Shown: positions 47,181 to 47,594 of the stretch, one piece after another
Layout: each line of letters begins with the position of its first letter
How positions within the stretch are numbered: the first letter of the stretch is position 1
Assembly (NCBI GenBank): GCA_015522055.1
Contig: WAMZ01000094.1
Span: 1 to 47,594 of the forward strand
Reading direction: 5' to 3'
From: Candidatus Geothermarchaeota archaeon
GTDB taxonomy: Archaea; Thermoproteota; Nitrososphaeria; Geothermarchaeales; JDFR-13
DNA: 47,594 nucleotides
The notes under the pieces: generated by a model
Seen by the model: only the letters and a program-made list of their open reading frames with translations
Told to the model about the DNA's origin: nothing
Database searches by the model: none
Made by a program: the position numbers and the translations under genes

Positions 47181-47594
47181 TTAGACTATATGACGTAATG
47201 GTTTTGATTCCTCAAGTAGCTTCGCGATGTCCCTAACAATCCTGATCGACCCATCGGCCACCCTCGGTGGGTCAGGCTCCTCCGACAACACCTCATTGGC
47301 CAAGCGCCTGAGATCGACCCTACCTAAATCACCAACCCTCACAACCCTATATCCACTTCGGCCAACAAACACCTTAGCATTATCCTCCTGCTCAAAATGC
47401 CCTTCCAAGGGTATAATAATACCCCTCTTCTTATTCATTATAAGCTCAACTAGGCTCCCGTAGCCCGCAGTAGTTATAACTAGCTTCGCCCCAAGTATCT
47501 TATCGAGTGGATTAGGATCAAAATATTTTGACCCACCTACAATCACCGTCTCAAATTCACTACCCAATATGCTGGCAACATATTCCGCTATATA
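47181..47594 (-). CDS. Glycosyltransferase (GT-B, MurG/GT28/GT1 C-terminal domain-like), 5'-truncated by the window edge
   Basis: ITTAGYGSLVELIMNKKRGIIIP...EQEDNA resembles the nucleotide-sugar binding half of GT-B enzymes. The reading frame stays open to position 47594 (...YIAEYVASI upstream of the track's TTG 'start'). Confidence 0.55.
   Translation of the reverse strand, partial: YIAEYVASILGSEFETVIVGGSKYFDPNPLDKILGAKLVITTAGYGSLVELIMNKKRGIIIPLEGHFEQEDNAKVFVGRSGYRVVRVGDLGRVDLRRLANEVLSEEPDPPRVADGSIRIVRDIAKLLEESKPLRHIV

Noticed and set aside
1-47594. Search for CRISPR arrays, IS elements/transposases, integrases, tRNA/rRNA genes, toxin-antitoxin or defence-island genes
   Set aside because: I saw no regularly spaced repeats, no terminal inverted repeats flanking any gene, and no recombinase- or nuclease-type ORFs. 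The window reads as core metabolic and metal-homeostasis chromosome rather than an accessory island.

Overview
This is a 47.6 kb, AT-rich, densely coding chromosomal segment that looks archaeal. The evidence is an ATA/AGG/AGA codon bias, AT-rich TATA-like boxes about 25-30 nt upstream of many starts, GGAGGTGA-type Shine-Dalgarno sites mainly before operon-internal genes, and the gene content (mevalonate-pathway genes, tungsten AOR, 2-oxoacid:ferredoxin oxidoreductase). It is probably a thermoacidophile-type crenarchaeon or a related lineage, but taxonomy cannot be fixed from this window.

Gene content, in order:
- NikR next to a NikMN-Q-O nickel ECF importer.
- A mevalonate block: mevalonate kinase, a family III CoA-transferase, a class II-type HMG-CoA reductase and an HD hydrolase.
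- A SoxA/SoxB-like (proline/sarcosine dehydrogenase-like) alpha/beta flavoenzyme pair with a Rieske protein and an M20 peptidase.
- A metal cluster: an atypical P1B ATPase, a TRASH/YHS His-tailed protein, CopA and a ZIP transporter.
- A PNPOx-like::MenA/UbiA fusion.
- Housekeeping enzymes.
- A rhomboid protease.
- AOR with a divergent Lrp regulator.
- korABG, followed by CopB and an opposite-strand delta-type ferredoxin.
- A TPP enzyme.
- A lipid/beta-oxidation block: 3-hydroxyacyl-CoA dehydrogenase, a membrane-anchored penicillin-acylase homologue, a NarI-HdrD-type membrane FeS oxidoreductase, EtfAB, acyl-CoA synthetase and SCP2.

I saw no CRISPR array, transposase, integrase, tRNA/rRNA or recognisable defence genes, and I could not identify a clear multi-gene novel system.

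The most interesting items are:
- Two GC-rich islands in AT-rich spacers that fold like guide sRNAs. One is H/ACA-like. The other is C/D-like, and one of its guides is a 10-nt Shine-Dalgarno mimic.
- A P1B ATPase with YPC in place of CPC and without the Cu(I) TM signatures.
- The PNPOx::MenA fusion.
- A membrane-anchored wHTH protein with a Met/His-rich outer loop.
- An Etf-linked NarI/HdrD fusion protein.

All functional calls rest on motif recognition by eye. No database search was run.
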